This document shows positions 49,166 through 62,998 of a stretch of DNA of 64,000 bases, piece after piece. The position numbers were made by a program, and so were the translations under genes. Location: the NCBI RefSeq assembly GCF_964355755.1, contig NC_092671.1, positions 36,838,304 to 36,902,303 on the forward strand, given 5' to 3'. This DNA is from Antedon mediterranea. Taxonomy: Eukaryota > Animalia > Echinodermata. Position 1 is the stretch's first letter. Every line of letters starts with the position of its first letter. The notes under the pieces were generated by a model, which searched no databases, was not told where the DNA came from, and worked only from the letters and a program-made list of their open reading frames with translations.

Positions 49166-50454
49166 TACGAAAGCCCATTAATGCCATTTTAAGTATATGT
49201 TTTTCGAACGTAATCCGTTATAACGAATTAGTAATTCGTTTGAACGGATTAATAATCTGTTCAAACGAATTAGTAATCCGTTCAAACGAATTGCAACATA
49301 TACAACAAGTGCCATTTAAAGTATATGTTGTAATTCGTTTGAACGGATTACTAATCCGTTCAAACAAATTACTAATTTGTTTAAACGGATTACTAATTTG
49401 TTCAAACGGATTATTAATCCGTTCAAACGAATTACTAATTCGTTCAAACGAATTACTAATTCGTTCAAACGAATTAGTAATTTGTTTAAACAAATTAATA
49501 ATTTGTTTAAACGGATTATTAATCTGTTTGAACAAATTAGTAATTCGTTTGAACGAATTAGTAATCCGTTTAAACAAATTATTAATTTGTTTAAACAAAT
49601 TAATAATTTGTTCAAACGGATTACTAATTCGTTAGAACGAATTAGTAATTCGTTTGAACAAATTAGTAATCCGTTTAAACAAATTACTAATCCGTTTGAA
49701 CGGATTCCTAATTCGTTTTAACAGATTATTAATCTGTTTAAACAAATTAGTAATTCGTTTGAACAGATTAGTATTCCGTTCAAACGAATTACAACATATT
49801 CTTTAAATGGCACTTGTTGTATATGTTGCAATTGGTTTGAACGAATTACTAATTCGTTCAAACGAATTACTAATCTGTTTAAACGAATTACTAATTCGTT
49901 TAAACGAATTAGTAATCTGTTTAAACAAATTATTAATTTGTTTAAACAAATTACTAATTTGTTTAAACGGATTACTAATTCGTTCAAACGAATTACTAAT
50001 TCGTTCAAACAGATTAGTAATCCGTTTAAACAAATTATTAATTTGTTTAAACAAATTACTAATTTGTTTAAACAAATTAGTAATTTGTTTAAACGGATTA
50101 CTAATTCGTTTGAACGAATTAGTAATCCGTTTAAACAAATTATTAATTCGTTTAAACAAATTAGTAATCCGTTTAAACAAATTAGTAATTCGTTTGAACG
50201 AATTAGTAATTCGTTTGAACAAATTAGTAATCCGTTTAAACAAATTAGTAATTCGTTTGAACGGATTAGTAATCCGTTTAAACGAATTACAACATATACT
50301 TTAAATGGCACTTGTTGTATATGTTGCAATTCGTTTGAACGGATTACTAATTCGTTTGAACAGATTATTAATCCGTTCAAACGAATTACTAATTCGTTAG
50401 AACGGATTACGTTCGAAAAACATATACTTCAAATGGCATTAATGGGCTTTCGTA
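49166..50454. mobile_element. Non-autonomous foldback element, IS3EU-like ends (copy 1)
   Basis: GAAAAC|TACGAAAGCCCATTAATGCCATTT ... AAATGGCATTAATGGGCTTTCGTA|GAAAAC (6-bp TSD). The interior is 21-bp tandem repeats in inverted arms. Confidence 0.85.
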
Positions 50455-50588
50455 GAAAACAGTTCTGTCAAACCTATTCTATTCTATGTTATTTTAATAC
50501 TTATGATGAATTAGAAAATCTCTGATTGAAATCGTTGTTATAGTTGATGCAACTACAGTTTGTCATCAAAATGTCCGACTGACAAAAT

Positions 50589-52077
50589 TACGAAAGCCCA
50601 TTAATGCCATTTGAAGTATATGTTTTTCGAACGTAATCCGTTCTAACGAATTAGTAATTCGTTTGAACGGATTAATAATCTGTTCAAACGAATTAGTAAT
50701 CCGTTCAAACGAATTGCAACATATACAACAAGTGCCATTTAAAGTATATGTTGTAATTCGTTTGAACGGATTACTAATCCGTTCAAACAAATTACTAATT
50801 TGTTTAAACGGATTACTAATTTGTTCAAACGGATTACTAATCCGTTCAAACGAATTACTAATTTGTTTAAACGGATTACTAATTCGTTCAAACGAATTAC
50901 TAATTTGTTTAAATGGATTAGTAATCCGTTCAAACGAATTACTAATTCGTTCAAACGAATTAGTAATCCGTTTAAACGAATTAGTAATTTGTTTAAACAA
51001 ATTAATAATTTGTTTAAACGGATTATTAATCTGTTTGAACAAATTAGTAATTCGTTTGAACGAATTAGTAATCCGTTTAAACAAATTATTAATTTGTTTA
51101 AACAAATTAATAATTTGTTCAAACGGATTACTAATTCGTTAGAACGAATTAGTAATTCGTTTGAACAAATTAGTAATCCATTTAAACAAATTACTAATCC
51201 GTTTGAACGGATTCCTAATTCGTTTTAACAGATTATTAATCTGTTTAAACAAATTAGTAATTCGTTTGAACAGATTAGTAATCCGTTCAAACGAATTACA
51301 ACATATTCTTTAAATGGCACTTGTTGTATATGTTGCAATTGGTTTGAACGGATTACTAATTCGTTTGAACAGATTACTAATCCGTTCAAACGAATTACTA
51401 ATTTGTTTAAACAGATTAATAATCTGTTCAAACGAATTAGGAATCCGTCCAAACGGATTAGTAATTTGTTTAAACGGATTACTAATCTGTTTAAACGAAT
51501 TAGTAATCCGTTTAAACAAATTATTAATTTGTTTAAACAAATTACTAATTTGTTTAAACGGATTACTAATTCGTTCAAACGAATTACTAATTCGTTCAAA
51601 CAGATTAGTAATCCGTTTAAACAAATTAGTAATTTGTTTAAACAAATTATTAATTTGTTTAAACAAATTATTAATTTGTTTAAACAAATTATTAATTTGT
51701 TTAAACAAATTACTAATTTGTTTAAACGGATTACTAATTCGTTTGAACGAATTAGTAATCCGTTTAAACAAATTATTAATTCGTTTAAACAAATTAGTAA
51801 TCCGTTTAAACAAATTAGTAACGAATTAGTAATTCGTTTGAACAAATTAGTAATCCGTTTAAACAAATTAGTAATTCGTTTGAACGGATTAGTAATCCGT
51901 TTAAACGAAATACAACATATACTTTAAATGGCACTTGTTGTATATGTTGCAATTCGTTTAAACGGATTACTAATTCGTTTGAACAGATTATTAATCCGTT
52001 CAAACGAATTACTAATTCGTTAGAACGGATTACGTTCGAAAAACATATACTTCAAATGGCATTAATGGGCTTTCGTA
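50589..52077. mobile_element. Non-autonomous foldback element, IS3EU-like ends (copy 2)
   Basis: CAAAAT|TACGAAAGCCCATTAATGCC ... GGCATTAATGGGCTTTCGTA|CAAAAT (a different 6-bp TSD). Confidence 0.85.
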
Positions 52078-52969
52078 CAAAATGGACATTTCTCCAAATG
52101 TTACAATTGTTCAACGGAGGCAGATGAACAATTTGCAGCAAATATTGTATCAAAATTGTATATTATACACACATTAAGAACCTTGAAAAAAAAACTATAG
52201 GCTAAGCCTAATTAAAATGTAAAATGATTAGTATAGATGTTATTGCTAAATGTTAATAGAATATTTTATACAAAATTGCTTTTTAATAGTGAGAGGGCAA
52301 GGCTCACATATTTGTGGGGGTGACTGTGATGCAGGCTTGTTAGCCTAAACCTAGATTAACCAAGTACATCACAGCTACTGTTGGCCTGGGGCCTAGAATA
52401 CATCATCAATAATGTATCATGTTTTCACTGAATCATTGCAATAAAATAAGTATAAAACACACAATTTACCTTATGAGTAAAAACAACATAAATTGTTAGT
52501 TTATATTAATTAATTTATATAACTAGATTACCTGTATAAAGTTGATTCACCCTAAAACATTTTCTGTCGTCTGCTGGCTGATTGCAAACACTTTAGTATG
52601 ATGGTACACTTGGCACAAAAATTTTTCAAAAATGTGCGCCAGCCATGACTATTGCACGCCATGTGACCCACAATCGTCCAATCAAATGACAGGAATTTAG
52701 GAATTTATTTATGTGTTATATAATAGTAATTATTTAACTTCATATGTGAAGATTTCAAATAGATTATGTAAATATTAAAATATTTTCAGTGACAAATTCT
52801 CCCTGGTATAAGTTTTATTGCCAATACATTATATTTACATTATAAATTATGAATTTCGCGCATTACAATAAAACTTATATCCACACATATAAAATGAAAA
52901 AATAATTATTATAATTGTTATAGGGCCTACCGAATAATTTGGTCAAATATTTTTATTTTGTATTATATA

Positions 52970-53778
52970 TCCAACAGGGACTCGCCAGTTACAGAATGGA
53001 TAAACTCTTTTAATTTATCATGGTTATAAAATTTGATTCTTGGGGAGTGGAGTTGAATAAGTCGTGAGTTACAACCCTGGTACTAAGGTTAGGATTATTG
53101 AACCCTGGACCTTGGAATTGGAGGCACGTTCACCATCAAGCTACAGCTCCACTACGCCAAGCTACAGCTCCACTGCGCCAAGCTACAGCTCCACTGCGCC
53201 AAGCTACAGCTCCAATACGCCAAGCTACAGCTCCAATACGCCAAGCTACAGCTCCACTGCGCCAAGCTACAGCTCCACTGCGCCAAGCTACAGCTCCAAT
53301 ACGCCAAGCTACAGCTCCAATACGCCAAGCTAAAACTCCACTACACCAAGCTACAGCTCCACTACGCCAAGCTACAGCTCCAATACGCCAAGCTACAGCT
53401 CCACTGCGCCAAGCTACAGCTCCACTGCGCCAAGCTACAGCTCCAATACGCCAAGCTACAGCTCCAATACGCCAAGCTAAAACTCCACTACACCAAGCTA
53501 CAGCTCCACTACGCCAAACTACAGCTCCAATGCGCCAAGCTACAGCTCCACTGCGCCAAGCTACAGCTCCACTACGCCAAGCTACAGCTCCAATACGCCA
53601 CTACAGCTCCACTACGCCAAGCTACATCTCCACTACGCCAAGCTACAGCTCCACTACGCCAAGCTACAGCTCCAATACGCCACTACAGCTCCACTACGCC
53701 AAGCTACAGCTCCAATACGCCACTACAGCTCCACTACGCCAAGCTACAGCTCCACTGCGCCAAGCTACAGCTCCACTA
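52970..53778 (-). mobile_element. tRNA-derived SINE with its 5' end expanded into a 21-bp tandem array
   Basis: 52970-53135 matches 41160-41350. 53136-53778 is (CCAAGCTACAGCTCCACTACG)~30, the reverse complement of the SINE 5' end/A-box. Confidence 0.8.
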
Positions 53779-54048
53779 TATGCATTCATTCGTTTATACA
53801 TTGTAATGTTCAAATAATATAAAGAGGGTTTGCGCGCCTCTGTGTGTCGACCTGCTCTGTGGTTAAAGATATATATCGTCGGACCATGGAGATTTTACCT
53901 CCATTGTCTGACAATCCAAATCATCCTCTGTTATTTGCTCATGCGCATAAATCAGTCGTTCCCCCATTCAATAATGCAATGAGCTAGCTACGAATTAATT
54001 CTCTTAAGTACCGTCTCATTTGCAATTTGAAACTTGTCAGGTTTATGT

Positions 54049-57000
54049 TTATGCCAGTTGCCCCTCAAAGTACGCGATAAGTACCATCATGGACCAGCCG
54101 AGTACTAGTCCAATATTCTGTAATAGGAAAGTCTGGCCAGGATTGTCCGACTTTGTGTGATCCAATTCTGGCATCTAATAATAAAGAGAAACAAAAATTG
54201 ACGGTGATATCAATAATGACAAATGTTGATATAAAGTTTGCGGTACACCACGTATATCAGTGAAAATAACTGTTGAGTTTCTCGACGTAAATATGCTTTG
54301 TTCGTCCTCTCAGGAGTGTGAATTTAAACCTTCAAACCTACAATAATTACAAACATAAGTAGGGCCTATATGAAAAGTAGGCTTGGCTTTTCGTCATTTG
54401 TTTTACCGCTTTCTCAATGAGACTATAGGCCAATGTCTCTGATTCATATTACAATATGAGAGTTATATACGCCAATATATCTTCGTATTACAATATCATT
54501 TCTAAAATAATAATTTTTCATTTACGATATTTCGGTCATGAATGTTTTATATAGGCTACATACTAGCATTTGTTTACATGGCTGTAACATTGTAGTTGTG
54601 TACACAACTCGTGAGTGTGTTGTTAAGCAGGTATTTTATTTACTTTACCGAAATGGAGCTTGGACCCCCTTCACCATACATTGGATACACCACGAAATAT
54701 TGATTTGCTATTTACAAGTTCACATGGGGTGGGGTATCAAATGGGCTACGCCTACACTACTCTTGAAAAGGCATCCGACATAGAAATTAAAATATTTACA
54801 TTTTGAGATAAGGATCAAGAAGTCCAAAGTTTGTGTAACTCCCAGTTTTTGAAGTGCAAAACATATTGCGTGTGTCTAAGTCAGTCATTTAATTAATGAT
54901 AGGCCTACTCTTGTGTTTGAAAAACATCCCATAATAACATTATTGTGTAGGAGGCGGAATAAAAAACGATAAACTTTATTAACTTAGAGCCTACGCTAGT
55001 AGCGGCACGCAATGTCGGTACGGTGCGTTCACACATAAAATAATGTATCTATATATAAATTCGGTAAATCGCGCGTTACTTCTAGAATGTTTACTCGATG
55101 GTATATAAAGTTGGTTCGTACTTTCGGTACTCGTTTTAACCACCTGATGTAACCCTGTTTACTAATTAAATTGCGTTAGATAATTAGTTATTGACATTTG
55201 TATAATTATTATGTAAGTGACGTCATTGTTGTTTTCTTACCAAATCTACAAGAGAAACGTAGATAAACATTCCGGCTGTGACAGCAAACACCCATTGATG
55301 GATAGCAGTTCCTTCCCCGGCAATTATTCCAATATATAAACCGAAGAAAGCCATGCAAGCAGTTCCAAAGTTACATAATAATGCTTTCTTTACACTCAAC
55401 CCATTATTTACCAATACGGCGAAGTCACCTATAAAAGATTATGATTCTTATAAATTATTACTGACATATAGGAGTTATGCCAAATTTCAGAAACAATTGA
55501 CACAGTAATTGAATGGGATTGCATTTGAATCCGATTAGGCCTAAATCGATTTTAGAATATGAATAAAGAAAGTTTTATAAAATTATTATTATATATGGTA
55601 CAATCCCGTCATGACAGACGACATTCCTCAGATCCAAAATATTATATAACTAAGCTAAGTACTTCTCTGCTACAGATGAGTTCTGTTGGGTTTATTTTGT
55701 TGTTCAAATATTTGTATACAGTAATGTTATAAGCATCTGCAATTAGAATTAGAATTTGTCTACATATACAAAATTGTTTTAAAAAAAAAGCAAAAACAAA
55801 CGTTAAAACAAGAAATATCGAACCTAATTCGTGTGGTAGTTCGTGGAACACAACCGCAATACAAGTTGACAAGCCGACTGTTATACTGGCAGTGAATGCA
55901 ACTCCTATAGCTAGTCCGTCCATTAAATTATGAATTCCATCACCAATCAAAATCATTGCATTCAAAGAATTAATGCCACCTGGAATTTAAATATTTGAAG
56001 TTTTGTAATTGTTGAATTTCTGTCCGTAACAGAACTTAAAAAGTATCAGACCCTTGGCCGTGTGGAACTTCGTCTTTTATTTACGGTAGGCCGTCCCACA
56101 CCACCACCGATATTATGGTCGCACATTCTGTCTCTATTAATTGTATATTACGGTACTCGGACATTTTGGCGAATGCCCTTTCGTCATGACCATAACTATT
56201 GTCGGCAAAGTGTCCTGTCGGCAAAATGTAACCTGTGGGTTTAGTGTCTAACATCAATGGTATGTCGGCCAACCGTATAAAGGGCAGAATGTCCTGTCGG
56301 TCAATTGTCTCTCGGCAAAATGGTGGTTTTCGACGAAATGTCCTGTCGGAGAAATTAACTGTCGGAGAAATTTTCTGTCGGTAAAATTTCCGGCCAGTAG
56401 TCTGTCGGTGAAGTGGCGTTCGGTAAAATGTTCCATATATTATCCCTGATAAATACTGCATAGTTTGTATTTTCCTTTAATAATCATCACATTACAGTAA
56501 TCAATAATAATCGATATCAACATAATGCCGATTATAATGTTTACCATTTTTGTCATCTATTTTCTTCTTTTCTGATGTTCCGCCTTCATTCATTGATAAG
56601 CTAACAATATCCTGTCAAGAAATTATAACATGACGTTGACATTGACATAAATAAAGCTCTGTTCACACTATCAAACTATCAAAAAAATGTGATGTGTCCA
56701 TACATGGACATGATGACGTCATATCACCACCATATTTGGACACTTTTTTTGTGAAACAAGTTTGATAGAGATAATTATTATAATTATGCCTAGAATTGAT
56801 CAAGACTTTAACGTACAAAGAGCATGTACCAACCTTCCCTGTGACGTCATCCTTTTCGTCTATCACATCTTCTTGAAAGCCCTTGTTAGTTTCGTAGCAA
56901 TTACCATTTTCCTTTAAAATAACATATAATTGAAATAACAGATTAGAATGAATGGTCGTGAATTGATTAATTGATGGCTAACATTCATTGATATTAATTG

Positions 57001-60000
57001 ATTGATCGATTGATTGACTGATCGAACCTACTTGCACTTCTTTATTCACTGGCGGACTAACACTAGGTCCGTGTCTATGGCTATGTGAATGGCCACCACC
57101 TAGTAAACTTGCGGATCCTTTCTCGAACAAGAAGAACACGTACAGAGATATAACTACTGTCAGGTTCTTCCACAAGACGTTCTGGGCGGTATCCTCAGCA
57201 CCTTCTTCGTGAGAATGCAATCCCAGAGCCTGTCGTTGAAGAAGAAAAAAAACATCTTTCGTTATAAAACTTGAGTTTAGGCCTATGTACGTGTGCAATT
57301 ATCAATGTTGTATCTTCGCGTATGAATCACCATTGATTCTATTCTTTCACGCACAAGAAAACACGGAGGATGACTATATCTTAAAGCTCTGAATACACTA
57401 TCAAACTAGTTTGACAAAAGTGCCCAAATATGGTAGTGATATTCCCAAATATGATAGTGATATGACATGTGATTGGTCAAATCACATTGCGTTACATTAC
57501 GTCCCTGCGTTGCGCCCTTGTGGGAATCAAGCTTTATGCATCAACAACACCAATGTTACCTATACTCAGTTGTAAACGTGACGATAAATCGTATCTTATG
57601 CGTCAACAACTGACGTACGCCCACGCCAATAAAAACGCGTTTATGATAGTTTACGATTTCTTATAATTGGAGACACTAAAATAATACAACCCGGATGAAC
57701 AATACAATGTTTTTGTAATATCTAGACTATTTACCTCTGGCATCAAATGGAGAAAAGCATCGCCTGACATCGTACCAATAGCAAGTGCTATAAACACTTG
57801 GAGTACTTTATCATACGTTGAGCTGTTTAACATTGGGATAGTTGCGGCTCCAACTAGTGACAGTAGACTGATAATTAACACACTTAACGTACCCCATCCA
57901 TAGACTACAAGAAAAATGAAAATAATGTTGTTTATTTATGTTTAATGACCTTGTCTTAAATTTGCATTTTTCTTGAATTCTTTATGTATTAAGACCAATT
58001 TACACAGATGAGTTCAAATGCAATACATAATCTTTTATCCTTATGACCATTTACACACAACGCGGAGCGGACGGGCGGTTTCCACTCAGGATAGATACAG
58101 ATTCTATGTGGGACAAGCTAGGCAGTTTTTCCACTTACCGTTACCGCTCGTCTGTGTAAATTGACCTTAATGCTGTTGTATTATTGTCTTCTTTAAAGAT
58201 GGTAATTATTAAATACAGATTGATTGAAATATATTATTATATTCTGTTTATTATGTCATACAAGATATAATATTAAAACAGTTTGTCATTGGTAATACCG
58301 TATTAAGAGGCATATATGAGCAATTTCACTATATATTTTGTCAGTGTCAAATGGTAATTAAAGGGGGTAATTGAAATCATTGACTGGGGCGGATCCAGAC
58401 ATTTTTGAGAGGGGGGGTCCGCCGATAAAAAGGGCACATCAGATATTGAGTATTTGAGCCACAGCCCCCCCCCCCCCCATGGTGGGGGTTGTGGCGAAGC
58501 GAATTTTGTTACAGGACACACTTAATGGCCGGAAATGGCACTCTCGCACGCAAAATCCATGATAAATGGCACCTTTCTAGTTCGCCGGAAATGACACTTT
58601 ATTAGCAGGGATAACGATGCAAAATTAAAAGTTGTTATTTTTCAACCAATTTAAACATTATCTGTTGGTATTTTGTTTCAATATTCCAATAAAGAAAGAA
58701 TTACGAAAATCTGACTTGTAGTTTTCGAAATATAGGGTCTAAAACATTGCCGAAAATGATCGTTTTTAGCCACGAACGTTGTAAACAAATTGCGCCATTT
58801 TTCGCTAAAATAATTACATATAATTACGTTTTATAGTAATTTCTTTTATATATCAACATTGGAAATATCAATAAAATATGTTATTAAATGTTTATAAAAT
58901 ATATAGAGTTGTTTATTTAACGGAGTTCGTACAAATTCATTGCTCTAAATTTGTGTAGTACCGTTCAGTACAGAGTGATCACGTGACTTCTTGGTACACG
59001 TACGCGAGAGAAAACATTCCGCGCGCTGTGGGTGATTCGCGTCCACCAATCAAATAGCCAGAATCCAAAATCATTCAACCGTGAGCTCTGCCGATCGCGG
59101 GAAAGCTCAACTTTGATTGGCTTACGATGACATCATATCACAAAATGGTGGTTTTGTAGTTGAGCCTCACGTAATTTTCACAAATAATTGTTTCAAAAAT
59201 GAAATAAATGAACCTTCTTTATGGTATGTGTGATTTTTCTTTAAAATATTTGAATAATAAAGGCTTGATATCGAGAAAAAAACATTTTTTTTGCACTTAT
59301 AATAAATATTTCTCAAAGAAAAAAGCACATGGCTTGTAGAACTATATTATCTTGGCGTAGGAAGTCAAACAAATCCCAGGTCATGAGAGGCTCAACTACA
59401 AGAACAAAGTTGAATAGTGTAGGATGACCGTTCGATGATTTTTGAGTAAACAATCTACCGCGTATGGTCGTACGCGCTAGATAGTACGATATTTTAAATA
59501 CATTTTTTACATGTTTGGTTGGATGTAATGGAAATAAAAAACAGTTGATCTGATGGAATGATATGTAAATAAACAAATACTCAAAAGAATTATGTTTACA
59601 GTTCAATTATTTTCAGAATAATAATACATCAAAATGTGTTTACCAATGGACAAATAATCGCGTCAATGACATAGCGCGCATGGTAACGTACGCGGAGTTG
59701 AATTGTAAAAAGTTTACATGCGGCCTCTGTAGTATGTGAAACGATCTATTTTTAGAAGTTTAAGTAGAGATCATCACGCGTCACCACCTCTCACGATGCT
59801 CTTTGATCGGCCGCCGTAACTTAACATCGCGCTCATTGTGATAAATTTCTGTTTTTATTTTTGGGGTTAGTGTAGCCTACTCTGTGCATACTAATATACA
59901 CACAAATATGTCACACGAATAAAATATTGAACCTCTAAAAAAAGGGCACCCTTAAAATTTAGGGGGGGGGGGGGGTCCGGACCCCGTGGACCCCCCCCCC

Positions 60001-62998
60001 CCCCTATGGATCCGCCCCAGATTGAAGCCACTGCATGTTCTACCTGATAGATTATCTGGTCCTTCAGATGTCTCCTCGTCATGATGGTGATCACAAGTGC
60101 TGTTGAGAAGTTGTTGGATGAGGGATGGACATATCAGTTGAAACGAAGGCTTATCTACGTCATCAACAATCTCGAATGTATTTAGCAAATCGTGGCTCGT
60201 CAGGCACTAAACATTAACAAAATCAATTTAGTACGAAATGCATAATCTAGGTTCTATAACATCAGTTCTGTCTACACTATACAATTTTTTGTCACATAAA
60301 GTTAACTTTATGTGACAAAAAAATGTGATATGCTCATATATGGACATGATGATATCATATCACTAGCATATTTGGTTATACAGTATCACTACCATATTTA
60401 GGCAATCACACTTTTTTTTGTAGAACTAATTTGATAGTGTAGACAGTGCTTTACTCATTACGTATGGTGACGTCAGTGACACAACGTCACAAGTTGGCGC
60501 GCGCACCAACAGCACTTGGACGCTTATTCAGAAGTGGACTATAGGGATGTTACCAGCACAATCTCCATACATTATTTTGACTCACCACATCACAAAAGTT
60601 AATTTTTATTCGTTAACTCACCTCATCCATTCTTTCTGGAGCAGAGAAGCCATGTTCGTCCGCTGCTGCCGTGTGTGAATGACTACCAAGCCCAAGTGAC
60701 GTCATTATCTGCTCAAACCCTTTGAATAATAATTTAATTACAGTATATTTTAATAAAATGTAATTGTGACATAAACAGATTTTTTTTTTTTTTTTAAAGC
60801 AGTCCTATATACCATGCTAATACTACAGCTTTCACAACAACGGGATCCACAAGCAGATTTTCTCATCTTTGTCGTTTCTAAATTATTAATTTTCAGTATA
60901 TCACTGGGTGGTTATTATTACGGTGATGATATTTTTTGATAACGACGTCACTTTGATGATGGCAGAGTGTCTTTTGTCAATAACCGAATCTTATACACGC
61001 GCGATTAAGAAATATTAGACAGTAATCTAAATTTAAACTATAATTGCTTATAGACAAACCTCCGTGCGTTAGTTGGTCTCCTTTTCCATATTGCCTGTAG
61101 ATTTCACCTATAAACGCATTCGGTTGAACATACGTATTCTCCCCGATACAGTCTCCTTGAAGTAAATCAGATATGGTGTAGGCGCACACGGATTCAGTTT
61201 GAAGTTTATCGGCGCCTGGATTAACGTCTACGTTCGCGTCTTTGAATAAACTCTCAGTATAGAAACACTGTAAGCAAAGAATGAATGATTATGTAACTAT
61301 TGAATACAATGGGACTGAATCTATGACAAACGTTGTGTTTAAAGCTAGCTTGGCCACTAGAAGTGACGCAACGTAACACAACCTACGGAACGTAATGAAA
61401 TGCCCTTCCAATAATTGTGTTTTCCCCGGCCTGCGTAAAATCAAACCTGCGATGTTTGCAGCACTGTTGTGTCGTCGGTTCCCACTTGTGATTACGTAAT
61501 ACAGCACTTTGCGTCAAAATGTCGCTCGCTGCGTTGTGTTACGTTGCGTCGCTACCTTTTGATCATATTTTACATTAGAAACGATTGTCCGAATGAAAAC
61601 ATAACATTTATTGATTTATGAACTATAGCAGGCATAGGACTTCGTGAAGTTAAGCGTGGTTCCCACTTGAACGCAACGCAACGACGTATTGACGCAAAGT
61701 GCTGTGAACCACGGTTGAAGCTTGGTTCCCACTAGAACGTAACGCAAGGACGTAAACGCAACGCAAGCGTTTTAAAGCTTGGTTCCCACTAGAACGCAAC
61801 ATAAGGACGACGTAACGCAACGCAAGTGAATTGACCAATCACAAGCGATGGCTTATTCGCTTGTGCTAACTGTCTATAACTTCGCTTGTCATTGGTTAAA
61901 ACGCTTGCGTTGCGTTTTCGTCATTGTCTTGCGTCGCTAGTGGGAACCACGCTTTAATCCTATTTTGTTTACATACAAAAAAGTATCTTAATGAAAACAA
62001 CATTTAAGTTGTTTTATGAACTAAAGCAGGCATAGGACTTTGTGAATGATGAGGGCGCTGTCAATGATTTACAATAAAACATAGAAACGTCGTTGTCACT
62101 GTTGTAGTTATCTTATCTTTTGGATAAATATACTTGACAAAACAATTAATTATTGAAGTACGGAGGTGCATACTTAAACATACGACCCGAACACTTTTAA
62201 TATAAATTAAATAAAAGGATGATAAAATGTTATGATGGTTTTAAACGTGATAATTTTACATCTTTTTAATCTGTTTATTTAAGCGGGATTTTAAGATTGG
62301 TCCGATTGCGTGCACGACGAAAAATATAGATTTGTTTATATGGACATTAATATGCCCATGGAGTAAAGATGATATGCCTACTGGCAGTCATAAAATATCA
62401 TTATTGATTTTGACCTTCACTTAAGCTCTGTTTACACTATCAAACTTTATGTTATGTGCCCATATATGGACATGATGATTTCATATCACAACCATATTTG
62501 GTTTATTACTACCTTATTTGAGTAGATTTTTTGTCACATAAAGTTTGATAGTGTAGACAGACCTTAAGATACAGTATACTAAAATCAAAGGGTCATCGGT
62601 TTGTTGATTATAGAGGTTTAAATTGATGACGTGTTTAGCTGTGAAAACGTTTGTAATAACTATATATACAAACAAATATATCTATTTAAAAGACGTAGGC
62701 CTACCTTCACTTTAGAAAGTGCAATATATGTTTTATTGATTTTATTTAAGATATGTGAAAGTTCGTTGTCGGTTAAAAGTAGATCCTCTTCGGCTGTTTT
62801 ATCGCCGTTTACCCCGGCTGTCATCAGTTCTTTCAGGTACCAAGTGTAGTTATGTGGGGCTAGTTTATTCTCACAGATCTCGGCAAAGTTGTACAGATAA
62901 TAAGTTAAGACTACAGTAGCTTTTGGAAAGGAGCTTTCTGTTAACCCGACACTGGAATTGGCTCCGATTATCTCGAACAGAGTATCAACAGGTAAACA
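54049..62998 (-). CDS. LIV-1 subfamily zinc transporter, ZIP12/ZIP4-like (5' end not found in window)
   Basis: Exons 62998-62705, 61267-61060, 60719-60622, 60206-60044, 57904-57735, 57229-57032, 56911-56834, 56611-56545, 55979-55824, 55428-55241, 54174-54049 join in phase. Motifs CPSLIQQLL (PAL), [18 protein letters not shown], His-rich loop [51 protein letters not shown]. The long ectodomain has repeated Cys-initiated modules ([24 protein letters not shown]). Confidence 0.9.
56150..56436. repeat. Degenerate ~15-bp tandem subrepeats, probably one arm of a foldback/MITE
   Basis: Recurring (TGTCGGCAAAATGTCC)-like units. Confidence 0.6.
58384..60020. mobile_element. 1.6-kb non-autonomous TIR element with 5-bp TSD
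   Basis: ATTGA|CTGGGGCGGATCCA ... TGGATCCGCCCCAG|ATTGA, with G/C-run-rich subterminal regions and no transposase ORF. Confidence 0.75.
61652..61954. mobile_element. Harbinger-like MITE with (AACGC)n internal repeats and reiterated left ends
   Basis: AAGCGTGGTTCCCACT ... TAGTGGGAACCACGCTT. Left-end copies occur at ~61652, 61718 and 61776, with related fragments at ~57465-57650 and ~61340-61550. Confidence 0.65.

Noticed and set aside
49150-52003. Many overlapping LRR-like 'LNELLIR' ORFs
   Set aside because: They arise from a 21-bp repeat that is stop-free in several frames on both strands, inside TSD-flanked foldback elements.
49166-52077. CRISPR-like look (recurring hairpin nodes separated by spacers)
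   Set aside because: The sequences between nodes are themselves tandem repeats, not unique spacers. The context is eukaryotic and there are no cas genes.
53064-53817. Heptad ORF YSSTTPS resembling the RNA polymerase II CTD (YSPTSPS)
   Set aside because: The 21-bp unit is the reverse complement of a tRNA-SINE 5' end, the frame has stops (e.g. 53331-53333), and no RPB1 exons are nearby. The resemblance is coincidental.
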